From sequence record NC_070956.1: DNA of 64,000 nucleotides. One strand, given 5' to 3'. Numbering within the stretch: position 1 is the stretch's first letter; every line of letters begins with the position of its first letter. Made by a program: the position numbers and the translations under genes. Below are positions 38,243 to 48,305 of the stretch, one piece after another. The notes below the pieces were generated by a model. That model saw only the letters and a program-made list of their open reading frames with translations, searched no databases and had not been told where the DNA came from.

Positions 38243-38596
38243 GTGTCTGTGAGTGTTAACCTCCGATCAGATGCTATTACTCCCAAGTTGGCTAAGGAAA
38301 TGAACGGATCTATCTTTATTCGTTCTAACACGTTCTCTGTCCGGCAACGGGCAGGGAACATTACCCTCGGCCTCCATGGGATAAGTTATCTGAAATTACC
38401 CAAAATGAATACCAACGCCAAGTTCAGTTACCTGGAAGAACCCAGTGATGATGGCGAAGGTGTTTATTGGACTTGTTCCCTGGCGTTCTACGCAAAACCC
38501 TCCCATAAACAACTGACCACCCTGGTCATTAAGACAGGTTTCTATCATGTCGTTAAACGTGACGGTATCGTGGAGCCGGGTGCCGGTTACAGTTAA
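38243..38596 (+). CDS. hypothetical protein
   Basis: AAGGAG RBS, GTG start. Confidence 0.68.
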   Translation: MSVSVNLRSDAITPKLAKEMNGSIFIRSNTFSVRQRAGNITLGLHGISYLKLPKMNTNAKFSYLEEPSDDGEGVYWTCSLAFYAKPSHKQLTTLVIKTGFYHVVKRDGIVEPGAGYS

Positions 38597-38600
38597 ACTG

Positions 38601-38927
38601 ATGCCCAAAGAGTTCGAACCCAAAATGTTTTATCTTCCACATGTTCAAGGGTTAAGAACTCACCACTGGCTATATCCCAACAAACCCAGAGAGTTGCGTT
38701 ATGTTAATCATAAAGGTGATCAGTACATCGGTCGCTTTAACTTCAAGTGGTTCAATGGAGCATTGCGGTTAACACCGGTTAAAGGTGAAACCCCAAAGAT
38801 GATTGAACGTAACCGCCAAACTCCCATGACCTGGAAACCAGTTCAAGATGGCTGGCCTGACTACTATCTGTTCGGACTCGTCATGGTTGAACGGTTCTAT
38901 ATACTCAGGTTCAAAGACACACTTTAG
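38601..38927 (+). CDS. hypothetical protein (paralog of the next gene)
   Basis: IGRFNF...LTPV...NRQTP...YY motif set. Confidence 0.7.
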   Translation: MPKEFEPKMFYLPHVQGLRTHHWLYPNKPRELRYVNHKGDQYIGRFNFKWFNGALRLTPVKGETPKMIERNRQTPMTWKPVQDGWPDYYLFGLVMVERFYILRFKDTL

Positions 38928-38935
38928 GAGGTGTC

Positions 38936-39301
38936 ATGCTCTTTAAGTTACAAAAGAAAGGACTGGAGGTTTACCGATTCGTTCAGCACGACATCGACCT
39001 CGTTGTGAACAAAGGTCCTTTCAAGGGTACCAAGCATGTTATCATGCGATTTGAGAATGAAGCTCGGCAACTCAAGATCGGACACTTCAACGTGATCTAT
39101 GATCGGGAGTTCCTGACCTTTATTCCGGTATGGAACGAACCTGTTCTTGATTACATTCGAAATAAGAAGAAATACCGTCAGAACAACCCACTGAAAATGG
39201 GATTCCCCATTATCCCCAAATACAAGTACTATTTCTGGAAACTCATCAGTTTCGAAGTAGGGTACGTCCATCTCAAAGTCATGTTAAGGAATTCCAAATG
39301 A
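38936..39301 (+). CDS. hypothetical protein (paralog of the previous gene)
   Basis: AGGAGG RBS; IGHFNV...FIPV...RQNNP...YY. Confidence 0.72.
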   Translation: MLFKLQKKGLEVYRFVQHDIDLVVNKGPFKGTKHVIMRFENEARQLKIGHFNVIYDREFLTFIPVWNEPVLDYIRNKKKYRQNNPLKMGFPIIPKYKYYFWKLISFEVGYVHLKVMLRNSK

Positions 39302-40011
39302 AAAAGGTATCTGTACAACAAGTACTTGCAGCACGCGACGAGTTGATCGATTTTGCTTTTCAAGCTATCCTCAATGTTCGGGCTGCTCACCATCATTTCG
39401 AAACTGACCTCAAGGTAAAAGAAATCTATGGCTTTTGGGCTAAACTGCTCATTGCCAAGAAAGATGGTAACTATCGACTGCGTATGCACGCTCTTGGTTA
39501 TTCTATCATCTTCTATGAAATACATGAGAGTGTGCTCGGACTACCGTATACCGCTGAAGGTGTACGAGAAGAGGCAACTGCAACTGTTGATGCTTGGTTG
39601 TCCAAGATTATCTTGGTTTCTCTCCGGAAACAACCTGAACTCCAAGTCGAGAACAGCGAAGAGAGTATCAGGAACGTCGCCGATGTCATCAAAGACATCT
39701 ATCCCCACACACTGATCACGGTCACCCATAACGGGTTTAACTATCACTCCATGACACCCACCGGTGAGTTGTTGAGTTCAGTAGCTCACACTCAAGGTCC
39801 TCAACGTAAAGGTCCAGGTGGGCGATTGGCCGCTGCTCGATTGGAAACTTGTACACTTCATGCGACAGCTGAAATGCATGATGATCCACTGCTCGACAGC
39901 TACTCGGGTATCGGGCGTAATCTGGAAAACCTGATCTGTACCGACCTCACTGATTTGATCATGTTGGGTCATGTCAACTACGATCTTGTCTTCGAATTCG
40001 AAGATCATTAA
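39298..40011 (+). CDS. hypothetical protein (paralog of 36766-37500)
   Basis: 237 aa, ATGA overlap. Confidence 0.78.
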   Translation: MKKVSVQQVLAARDELIDFAFQAILNVRAAHHHFETDLKVKEIYGFWAKLLIAKKDGNYRLRMHALGYSIIFYEIHESVLGLPYTAEGVREEATATVDAWLSKIILVSLRKQPELQVENSEESIRNVADVIKDIYPHTLITVTHNGFNYHSMTPTGELLSSVAHTQGPQRKGPGGRLAAARLETCTLHATAEMHDDPLLDSYSGIGRNLENLICTDLTDLIMLGHVNYDLVFEFEDH

Positions 40012-40070
40012 TCGTAACTACTTTCACTATTAGTTGCAGTAATCCCATTAATCAACATTTAGGTATACCA

Positions 40071-40466
40071 ATGTCCGAACAACTCCCAGCGTCCAAAACC
40101 TACACATTGGAGCAGGTTCAAAAAGTATTGCGGGAAATCGTAGACCAAGTTCGCAAGAACAAGATCGAACGTGTCACCCGTGTCGCTCTGAACTTCCGTG
40201 GTACTTCTCCCGAGGTATCCATCCATGCAGGGTACAAACTCCTGGGTCGTCATCAACCGCATGTTTGGTCCGATCGACCTTACTCCGAAAAGAGTAACAA
40301 GATACTGGCGACTTTCAAACTGCGTGTCAACGGTTGTCCGATTCATCAGTTCAACGTCACCACTGGTGTCATTCTCCCGGAATTCCATGGAGAGGATCAT
40401 CTCAACGAACTGTCGGATCGGCTCCAACAAGTAGTTGGGGAACATTTGTTCTCCAAACGCAACTAA
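40071..40466 (+). CDS. hypothetical protein
   Basis: 131 aa, terminator at 40474-40497. Confidence 0.72.
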   Translation: MSEQLPASKTYTLEQVQKVLREIVDQVRKNKIERVTRVALNFRGTSPEVSIHAGYKLLGRHQPHVWSDRPYSEKSNKILATFKLRVNGCPIHQFNVTTGVILPEFHGEDHLNELSDRLQQVVGEHLFSKRN

Positions 40467-40515
40467 CATAAGTAGGGCTCCTTGCGGGGAGCCCTACTTA
40501 GTGTATGAGGTTTAC

Positions 40516-40983
40516 ATGAGCGATATCCGTTGGTACCAAGAAAATGATCGAATGGTCATTGTTGACAATGAAACCCAAGGAACCCTTCACATTCGTTTCA
40601 ACCCGATGAATCGTAAAACCGGTTCTGATTTGATGTGGGGTCATGTTAATGACATTTCAGCTTCTATAGAGAGTGGTGATCTTCAGTTGAGCCTGAAGGG
40701 ACATTCCATGATCGATGTCAGAAGCGATATTGAACTCAGAGGTAGTGTAACTCTGAAAACAGCTTTCCTCCACGACCCTGTGATTGAAAATAGTCACATT
40801 GATTTCGTTAGTATTACCGCGAAGACAGTTTTCAAAGATGCACATGTCCACGCGGTAGGAATACAGCGGTTCGGGTTGGTGAAGTTCATCAACAGTAAAT
40901 ATGATGGATTTATGAACGGCGCGCTTCCGAAAGCACGGGAGCTCCAAATAGTCGATAACCAAGTCAAGGTGATAGTACAATGA
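40516..40983 (+). CDS. hypothetical protein
   Basis: GAGG RBS before ATG 40516. Confidence 0.7.
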   Translation: MSDIRWYQENDRMVIVDNETQGTLHIRFNPMNRKTGSDLMWGHVNDISASIESGDLQLSLKGHSMIDVRSDIELRGSVTLKTAFLHDPVIENSHIDFVSITAKTVFKDAHVHAVGIQRFGLVKFINSKYDGFMNGALPKARELQIVDNQVKVIVQ

Positions 40984-41363
40984 GTGAAGTTAAGAAAGTT
41001 AAGAAAGCTCACCCCATGGATTCCTTTATCCAGGACATGATCAACTTCATGAATCCTGAAGGTCCCACCAAGGATGGTGATAAACTCTTCCTTAAAACAA
41101 AGGAAGGAACATCTGATCTGACGGAGATCCTCTTGGAACGAAATGATGGTGTCATCACCGGTTATCTCGTCCACGAAGATAAGATCATCAAGATTAACGT
41201 AGGGTTCTCGCAAACCTGGAAACCCACACTGGAAATCCGGTTTGGGGAAATGTTTGTAACGTCCATGGCCGTTGATAACAAGAAAGGCTTGGATATGTAT
41301 CTCAAACGTCTCTATGACAAGAAACCACCAAAGAGCAAGAAGAACGACTGCACTGAAGATTAA
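40980..41363 (+). CDS. hypothetical protein
   Basis: ATGA overlap, 127 aa. Confidence 0.72.
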   Translation: MSEVKKVKKAHPMDSFIQDMINFMNPEGPTKDGDKLFLKTKEGTSDLTEILLERNDGVITGYLVHEDKIIKINVGFSQTWKPTLEIRFGEMFVTSMAVDNKKGLDMYLKRLYDKKPPKSKKNDCTED

Positions 41364-41374
41364 GTCCATAATAA

Positions 41375-41401
41375 CTTGGACATATATAATCATAGTGTAA
41401 T
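41375..41401 (+). promoter_or_regulatory. putative phage early promoter
   Basis: CTTGGACATATATAATCATAGTGTAAT. Confidence 0.5.
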
Positions 41402-41428
41402 CCACCACGATTAATTTAGGAGTTCAAT

Positions 41429-41728
41429 ATGATCATCAAACGTAAACACCTCGGTATGAAACGCAAGTTCAAACTGGTTGGGTTGGATGACACCACTCAA
41501 CGTGGTGATATCTTCTACCGTATCAATGAGATCAATAACACCCACGTCACCAAACTGGACCTCAATGATCTCACCCACGAAGAACATGAACGCCTCATGG
41601 AACTTCGTCAAGAAGCGATTGAACAGATCGCTGAAGGTCCGAACTGGTTCAACGCCTACATGGTAGAACATGGTGGTGATAAAACCAGTGCCAATGTAAA
41701 CCGCGTCTACTTCCGTATCACTTTCTAA
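41429..41728 (+). CDS. hypothetical protein
   Basis: AGGAG RBS, 99 aa. Confidence 0.72.
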   Translation: MIIKRKHLGMKRKFKLVGLDDTTQRGDIFYRINEINNTHVTKLDLNDLTHEEHERLMELRQEAIEQIAEGPNWFNAYMVEHGGDKTSANVNRVYFRITF

Positions 41729-41740
41729 AAGGTAAACAAC

Positions 41741-44143
41741 ATGAACCAACAAGTACGTGACATCCTGATCCAAATGGTAGCCAACAAATATCACGCAACA
41801 ATGAAAGAGTATCGCTTCTTCCAGATGGGCGATATGACCAATACCCTGGCTGCCATGATCGACGGACTCCAGTTCCCTCAGACAGCCTACCTGAAAGAAC
41901 TGAAAGACATTCCTGGTAAGATCAACCGCGAACTGTCCAAGGTCAACGCGGTTCATCCTCAGTACGTTCCTGATTACTCCAGGATCTACGACCTCCTCTG
42001 CGAGCTGGTAAACGCCGAAGACTGGGACGGGGTGGGACGAATCCATCGTGGGTTCGTTGGGCACAAAGACAAGATCACTGTTCTCCACCACATCTACGAG
42101 AACAGCAACATCTATACCGATCCCCAACACTTCGCCCCGATCAACATCTGCGCCTCCTTTAACAAGGGCGAACAGAAAAAGATCCTCATCCAAACCGGCA
42201 TGGACGAAAGTGGTGTTGAATCGGTAGCCACGATGCATCCGACCAGTGCAGCCCGTCTGATCAAAAAGCACTTCGAACTCTGGTGGGTTAACAAAGAGAA
42301 GGCGGCCCAGGAAGCATCCAAAAAGAAGGAAGAAGAAATGCACTATCCGCCATTTGACACCAAAACTGTCGGTGACTACACCATCGCAAATGGTATCGAT
42401 CCGGTGATCACCCAGATGTCCCTCCAGGAACTGGAAACCCATCTGAACAACATCAACGAAGCTGGTTTCACCAGGGCGCAAATCGACACCCTGGTGAAGA
42501 ACATCAACATGCCGATATCCGGTTCCGTAGATGAGCGTTTTGTTGACTGGCTCGATGACGATTACGAAGCGATTCGTTCCATGATCGCTATGTTCGCATG
42601 CAAGAACGTTTGGATAGCTCCGGAGGTAGCCTACGTGAAGTCTGGCGTCCACCGTCAAGCCGCTCGTTCACTCTTCATCGAGAAAGCAATGAACGAACTG
42701 ATCCGTCGTTCGGTAATCACTGGAAGTTCCAGGGATATCACTCTGGATAAACTGGAGTCATTCATCGAAAACCATCCGGTGGAACGCTGCTATGACAACG
42801 CAGTATACCCCACCAAAACCGGTACTGTGACCATCTTCAATGATGCAGGTTGGGACCTCGATACACTTTCCCTGGTGGTTTCCGAGATCAACCTTTCTCC
42901 CGGCATGGATATGAATCCTGCCTTCGGTGAAATGCTGGCCCCCAATAAAGCCGCCATGATCGCTGCGATCAGTTTGTTCGCTGATTTCAAGTATTGGAGT
43001 CACGTGACTACCGACAGTGTGGTCGAAGGTACCGAAGAAATCTATCAGTTCCTCCTCAAGCGCCATTCCGGTGTGACCGAAGAGGAACCCCAACAGAACA
43101 AGGAAGAAACCATGAAACAAACTACATCCATTTCCGAGCTGGTCTCCAAAGTCATCCTGGGATTCACTGATCTCGTGATGATCGCCGATACCGAAAAGGT
43201 GATCGAAGAGATCAATCGTCAAGCGACTCCGACCCTGGCCGGTGTCATGAAGAATATTCTTCAGAGCGTCAAACCGACAACACCCCCGCAACCTCGTGGC
43301 CAAACCGAATCCTTCCAGCACCTGGACTGCCCTGGGTACACTCCTCGTTCCACTATCCGTGGCGAGTATGCCGAGGTGATCAAGTTCATCAACATGGGAG
43401 ACGTTGATTCGGCAGAAACTGCGATCAAGGGCATCGTCAACAAGTACAGTGTGATGGAGCTTCACGGGATGCTGATCGGGAACACACCCCGTTCACTCAA
43501 TCCCAATGAAATGGCCAACGAGATTATCGAAGTGATACGCGCAGCAGCGATGAAACGTAAAGTCGATCTCGCTGAAATCGCGCGTCAGTCACCGGTGACT
43601 CGACTCATCGAGAAAAATCTCTTCGCCAAAGCCGCCCAAAGTTCCCTGGAAGAAACCTACGCAATGCTTGACAGTTATGTCAAACAAGTCAGCATCATCC
43701 AGGTATACGTCGCACTCTTTGGTACTACCAACGTGGCTGGGAAGTCTTTCAGTCAAATGGATGCCGAAATCCGCAATAGCCTGACAACGACCAACGAGTC
43801 CAGTAACGAAACCGGTCTGAGTAACTTCGTTGAAAGAGTCCGTGGTGCAGTTCAGGCCATGGACCTCGATAAAGCAATGAGTTTACTCGATGAAGGGTTC
43901 TCCATGTTTGGTACGGTGTTGGTATCTACAGCACTCCTGGGTGATAAAAGTGCTATCGGTAACCGGACTAGTCGCGAACTGGTCTTCATGTGCCGTGACG
44001 CTATTACCACCTGGATCAACACCAACAAGTCAGTGGCCCGCCACGGTACTTTCTCCAACCCTGAATCTCGGGTATCGGAGGAGGATCAGTGGATCAAAGA
44101 TCTGAGCAAGTTGGGTTTCAAGTGCGTTATCCTTCACAAGTAA
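41741..44143 (+). CDS. large multi-domain hypothetical protein (800 aa)
   Basis: continuous ORF; degenerate helical repeats at the C-terminus; terminator at 44154-44173. Confidence 0.82.
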   Translation: MNQQVRDILIQMVANKYHATMKEYRFFQMGDMTNTLAAMIDGLQFPQTAYLKELKDIPGKINRELSKVNAVHPQYVPDYSRIYDLLCELVNAEDWDGVGRIHRGFVGHKDKITVLHHIYENSNIYTDPQHFAPINICASFNKGEQKKILIQTGMDESGVESVATMHPTSAARLIKKHFELWWVNKEKAAQEASKKKEEEMHYPPFDTKTVGDYTIANGIDPVITQMSLQELETHLNNINEAGFTRAQIDTLVKNINMPISGSVDERFVDWLDDDYEAIRSMIAMFACKNVWIAPEVAYVKSGVHRQAARSLFIEKAMNELIRRSVITGSSRDITLDKLESFIENHPVERCYDNAVYPTKTGTVTIFNDAGWDLDTLSLVVSEINLSPGMDMNPAFGEMLAPNKAAMIAAISLFADFKYWSHVTTDSVVEGTEEIYQFLLKRHSGVTEEEPQQNKEETMKQTTSISELVSKVILGFTDLVMIADTEKVIEEINRQATPTLAGVMKNILQSVKPTTPPQPRGQTESFQHLDCPGYTPRSTIRGEYAEVIKFINMGDVDSAETAIKGIVNKYSVMELHGMLIGNTPRSLNPNEMANEIIEVIRAAAMKRKVDLAEIARQSPVTRLIEKNLFAKAAQSSLEETYAMLDSYVKQVSIIQVYVALFGTTNVAGKSFSQMDAEIRNSLTTTNESSNETGLSNFVERVRGAVQAMDLDKAMSLLDEGFSMFGTVLVSTALLGDKSAIGNRTSRELVFMCRDAITTWINTNKSVARHGTFSNPESRVSEEDQWIKDLSKLGFKCVILHK

Positions 44144-44211
44144 GATGATTGAAAGGGAACCCTTCGGGGTTCCCTCTCTTCTTTATACATTTTATTTTTG
44201 TGTCCTTATAC

Positions 44212-44241
44212 TTTTTGAAACAGATATTATCACTGTGTAAA
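44212..44241 (+). promoter_or_regulatory. putative phage early promoter
   Basis: TTTTTGAAACAGATATTATCACTGTGTAAA. Confidence 0.55.
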
Positions 44242-44258
44242 GAAGGGAGAAAATTCTA

Positions 44259-44711
44259 ATGGCAAACAAAAGCACAGAAAAGATTTATTTCGATTACCTG
44301 AATAAACTCCTCCTGGGCACTCTCGGAGGGTTCATGCACTCGATAGCCGATACCAAGGCGATCCCGCAACCGAATCAATTCGAGGGAAAGAAGAGTGCTG
44401 GTGGTTCAGTTATGGTTGCGTGGATGGACACGATACCTCTGATAGACCACTACTCTAAAATGTTAAACGAGCAAATCTTTGCATCAGCAATGATTGGTTA
44501 TCGAGATAAAGACAATCCCATTATGGTAGATGTGTTCACAGTTTGCATGACCATCGAGAGTATTTATCTTATCGATGGCGATGTGAAATATCTATTGGTA
44601 AAGGACTCTCAATCTGTCATGGATAACAACGAAATCCAAAATGTAATCAAGGATATCGTTGCGAAGAAATACATGGCCGGGTTAATAACAATACCTAGGG
44701 CTAAGTCATGA
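44259..44711 (+). CDS. hypothetical protein
   Basis: 150 aa, GGGAG RBS. Confidence 0.72.
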   Translation: MANKSTEKIYFDYLNKLLLGTLGGFMHSIADTKAIPQPNQFEGKKSAGGSVMVAWMDTIPLIDHYSKMLNEQIFASAMIGYRDKDNPIMVDVFTVCMTIESIYLIDGDVKYLLVKDSQSVMDNNEIQNVIKDIVAKKYMAGLITIPRAKS

Positions 44712-45103
44712 AAACCGAACTGATAAAAGAGATCTTTCTCGATGCGTATCTAGGGAAAGAGAACAAAGAGCGGGATTACAAGTATTGGGTCAAACCACTT
44801 AATCCCGACGATGGTATTAAGTTCTTCTGTGTATTCAGGATCAGACTGAAAGGCAAAGCAGCCATACTGGTGAGAATCCAGGTTGACCTGGAAGCCGAGT
44901 TAGCCAACACAGAAACATCTCTCATCTATATTGATCAGGGATTTAAACCTAACACCAGGTTCCGTACAGATTTCACCAAAACGTTCTATAAGAAACGTGA
45001 ACGACTTACTGGTCTCGGTATTGATGAGATCATTAAACGAGTCGCTCCGGGTCTTGCAGAGAAACTACATAAAGCAGAGGAATTAGCCAATGTCGACCAA
45101 TAA
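44708..45103 (+). CDS. hypothetical protein
   Basis: ATGA overlap, 131 aa. Confidence 0.72.
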   Translation: MKTELIKEIFLDAYLGKENKERDYKYWVKPLNPDDGIKFFCVFRIRLKGKAAILVRIQVDLEAELANTETSLIYIDQGFKPNTRFRTDFTKTFYKKRERLTGLGIDEIIKRVAPGLAEKLHKAEELANVDQ

Positions 45104-45479
45104 CGTAATCGCTACTGATATCTATAACCGGATGGAGACATTCTTCGAACGTCTTGAAGGTAAGGACTTCCCGTCCATCTACCAAGACAGCGACAGCATG
45201 ATGTATTCCTTCCAAGTCGAATCCATGGGTAACTTGTTCCAGACGTCGGTTCAAGCAACCCAGGTAGAAGGTCAGGGTATACTGGTTTCACTCAGTTACT
45301 CTTTCATGGTAGAACCCAAGAAGATAGGGGACATCATCGTAATGGGCGTACCCATCCGCGGTGTGTATACCGTGAACGATGTTATTGCGGAAGTTAAGGA
45401 CGAACAAGACCTGTTCTCCAAAACCTACGTACTGGCATTGGACCATGTTAAAGAGGCGGTCCACACCATCCTCGAATAA
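45090..45479 (+). CDS. hypothetical protein
   Basis: GAGGA RBS, 129 aa. Confidence 0.72.
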   Translation: MSTNNVIATDIYNRMETFFERLEGKDFPSIYQDSDSMMYSFQVESMGNLFQTSVQATQVEGQGILVSLSYSFMVEPKKIGDIIVMGVPIRGVYTVNDVIAEVKDEQDLFSKTYVLALDHVKEAVHTILE

Positions 45480-45592
45480 ACCACCCAGAATCGTTTCTAA
45501 GCGATTTCTTTATTAAAGACGTACAGTTCAATACTTTAGCCTGAAGAAGTCGTTATAGATCGATTCAGGAATTATTAACCAAGGAGAAATCA

Positions 45593-46549
45593 ATGACCAA
45601 CGCTGTTTTCAACATCTACCTGTGTGGTGGTGTCGGTATCAAAGTAGGTAACCTGTTCAGCGCGGTAAGCCGCCAATCCCGCCACGTCGATCAGATCGTT
45701 GCCCTGGATTCGTCCAACGCCAACAAAGCAGTTGATGACTGCTTCCCGATCGAACGTCTGGAAGGTGCCGAAGGTTCTGGCTCCGACAAACGTGCCAACA
45801 TGCACCTGTACAAACCTTTCGTCAAGCAAGTGTTGTCCAAGTACCCGCCCAACAAGTTGAACATCGTCGTGTTCACTGGTTCCGGCGGTACTGGTTCCGG
45901 TATCGGTCCGCACGTCATGCGTGAATTCCTGGAAGCGGGGATTCCGGCGCTGGCAATGGTGATTGGTGATGACAGTTCCATGAAAGAACTGGACAACACT
46001 GTTTCCACTCTGCGTTCCCTGGCGGCGCAGACCAAGCTGGGTGTTCCGGTCTGTTTCACCTACCACCTGAACCGCCCTGAACTCACCCACTCCGCCGTGA
46101 ACCATCAAGTGGTCCAGAGCATCGACTCTGCCCTGCTGGCACTGAACCTGGATAACGTCAGTATCGACTACGCTGACATCTCCAACCTGTTCTTCTTCAG
46201 CCGGGTGGTCAATGCAGATCCCATCCTGACCCAGATGACCTTCCTGACGGATACCGACCTGGACAAGTACGATCGGCAACCGATCGCTGCTATTTCTGTC
46301 TTCGCCAAAGAAGACGACATGCGTGCCCCGTTCCCTGGTCTGATGTATCGTAAAGCAGGTACCTTCAGCGAAGCCAATTCCGGTTTCGAGGAATCCTGTC
46401 ACGTGGTGCTGGATCACGGTAGCACTCTGGCCGAGCTGGAAACCATGATGGAATCCCACAAGAAACGCACCGATGGTATCGGCTCTCGTTTCAAAGTTCA
46501 GAAGTCCGCCATTATGGACGGTGCTGACGACGACGGGATGTTCTGTTAA
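45593..46549 (+). CDS. phuZ: PhuZ tubulin-like spindle protein
   Basis: tubulin signature GSGGTGSG, N-terminal LCGGVG, acidic C-terminal tail; AAGGAG RBS. Confidence 0.93.
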   Translation: MTNAVFNIYLCGGVGIKVGNLFSAVSRQSRHVDQIVALDSSNANKAVDDCFPIERLEGAEGSGSDKRANMHLYKPFVKQVLSKYPPNKLNIVVFTGSGGTGSGIGPHVMREFLEAGIPALAMVIGDDSSMKELDNTVSTLRSLAAQTKLGVPVCFTYHLNRPELTHSAVNHQVVQSIDSALLALNLDNVSIDYADISNLFFFSRVVNADPILTQMTFLTDTDLDKYDRQPIAAISVFAKEDDMRAPFPGLMYRKAGTFSEANSGFEESCHVVLDHGSTLAELETMMESHKKRTDGIGSRFKVQKSAIMDGADDDGMFC

Positions 46550-46585
46550 TAGGAGAGGGGAGAAGAAATTCTCCCCTTCTTTTAT

Positions 46586-46861
46586 ATGAGAATAATTTTT
46601 AATCTTTCCAGGTATACCGAAGAACTACGGACCACAAACCGTTCACCTGAAGGGTTTGCATTTGGAGCTTTACAACAAGCTATACGTGATATGGGGATAC
46701 CTCTTCCACCAGCTTCGTTTGTCATCGCTTCCGATGATCAGTATCTCTTTTATAACGAGATTTGTGGTATTGTTGAACGTGAACTAATTAGTCTGCCGAC
46801 ACCACGACACGCTAATCTGGTCATGATCTCTCCAATGTTCTTTCAACTGGAATTACTATAA
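46586..46861 (+). CDS. hypothetical protein
   Basis: 91-aa ORF in the conserved post-PhuZ cluster. Confidence 0.6.
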   Translation: MRIIFNLSRYTEELRTTNRSPEGFAFGALQQAIRDMGIPLPPASFVIASDDQYLFYNEICGIVERELISLPTPRHANLVMISPMFFQLELL

Positions 46862-46871
46862 AGGAAACGCA

Positions 46872-47360
46872 ATGTACGTCGTCAACTTGCTTGATCTGAA
46901 ACAACGGATCAACTTCACCCTCATGTACTGTCTCCACGACATGACAAGAGAAGATGAAGAAGAGCTGATGGTTAGTCTGACCGAGGTAGCACTCGACCTG
47001 ACACTCAGCATGGTAAACGACAAAACCGGCGAACACCCTGACGATATGTTTGATCGTTACATCAAGATGAAATATCCTGATGTCCAACATGTATTCGGGA
47101 TCGGTGAAATAGTGACCAGTCTGGTCATTGAGATTCGGAAACGTTTCTTTACCGAGTTCGGACACGATAAGCGACTCATGTACAAACTGGTGCGTACCAA
47201 ACGCGGTCGTACCCCGATCTACTACTTCGCAATGGACCTGGAATTCACCTTCGAATGTGGTGGGTTCTTCCAGCCATCTCAAGAAGACCTCACCCAAGAG
47301 GTCGACGACAACCCGAGTCTGGAGACCATGAATGAGTTGTTCACCCGCGCCCATTATTGA
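46872..47360 (+). CDS. hypothetical protein
   Basis: 162 aa, AAGGA RBS. Confidence 0.72.
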   Translation: MYVVNLLDLKQRINFTLMYCLHDMTREDEEELMVSLTEVALDLTLSMVNDKTGEHPDDMFDRYIKMKYPDVQHVFGIGEIVTSLVIEIRKRFFTEFGHDKRLMYKLVRTKRGRTPIYYFAMDLEFTFECGGFFQPSQEDLTQEVDDNPSLETMNELFTRAHY

Positions 47361-47790
47361 TTTCACTGCCTTCTATCCTGAGATAGAGAAAGCGATCGAT
47401 AAGAACAGTGTGTACGCTAAGGGGTTGGTAAAGGAAGAGCATAAACTGTTCCTTGTCCCTGAGCTTGTCACCTGGCTGCTCGGAAGAACTTCCAGTTTCA
47501 TCGTCAAGGGATATTTTCCCGACCCTCGGCTCAGAAACTTCTTCGACTATGATGTACTGATCGAAGAGTTCGACGATCTATTTCTAGAATTTAGGGACTA
47601 CCTCAGACTGACCTATGGTTTGGTAGAAGGAACGCCCATCACTTTCTTGAGATACGATAACGTTCACACATTTATACCGTTGAAGGGTGTCAAAGATGAT
47701 GCGCTTAATTACGACCAATGTAACTCATTTGGTCAAAGCAGTTTCTCAATGGTACCTCAATACGGAAACGTACAACCCCCTAGCTATTAA
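47332..47790 (+). CDS. hypothetical protein
   Basis: 152 aa; start uncertain. Confidence 0.6.
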   Translation: MSCSPAPIIDFTAFYPEIEKAIDKNSVYAKGLVKEEHKLFLVPELVTWLLGRTSSFIVKGYFPDPRLRNFFDYDVLIEEFDDLFLEFRDYLRLTYGLVEGTPITFLRYDNVHTFIPLKGVKDDALNYDQCNSFGQSSFSMVPQYGNVQPPSY

Positions 47791-47992
47791 GTATATTCGT
47801 GACAGGGATGTCAAAGCGTATAGCGAAGGGTTGTACGAGTTGTGTGGTAGCGATACCCCATTCGTGCTTCAGGATACCATTGTTCACTTAGACCTCTTGA
47901 TAGATGAAGTTGACAGATCCAAAGACCTGGCCAATTTCTACTTCGAGGGGAACATCTTCATTATTGTGGAGGATCCGTATGGAACAGTTTAG
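47696..47992 (+). CDS. hypothetical protein
   Basis: ORF; start uncertain. Confidence 0.55.
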   Translation: MMRLITTNVTHLVKAVSQWYLNTETYNPLAIKYIRDRDVKAYSEGLYELCGSDTPFVLQDTIVHLDLLIDEVDRSKDLANFYFEGNIFIIVEDPYGTV

Positions 47993-48296
47993 GGGGTTAC
48001 AACCCCAAGGGATATTCTCCCATAACTGTGCGTTCCCGGGTGTCCCGACCGAGGTGGCTGCAAACCTCATTGGGATGTCTTTCAATATCTACGGGGTTAA
48101 CCACCAAATCCCGTTCAACCCTAACTTGGGTAACGAAGGTCTGGAGAGCGAAGACAAGAACATTGAAACTCGCAACCTGGACACGTATTACCAGTTGAAG
48201 AGTCTTCTGGGTAACTTCTCCAGGGAGTACACCAAAGTCGATGCCGAAGTTCGGTGTAGCAATGGTCTGTTCATGATTACCTTTAAATGCTGGTAA
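47979..48296 (+). CDS. hypothetical protein
   Basis: GGAGG RBS before ATG 47979. Confidence 0.65.
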   Translation: MEQFRGLQPQGIFSHNCAFPGVPTEVAANLIGMSFNIYGVNHQIPFNPNLGNEGLESEDKNIETRNLDTYYQLKSLLGNFSREYTKVDAEVRCSNGLFMITFKCW

Positions 48297-48305
48297 GGAA
48301 ATCAA

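Noticed and set aside
41411-43465. 415-aa and 235-aa minus-strand ORFs
   Set aside because: Shadows of the 800-aa plus-strand gene; oppose the direction of local promoters and terminators.
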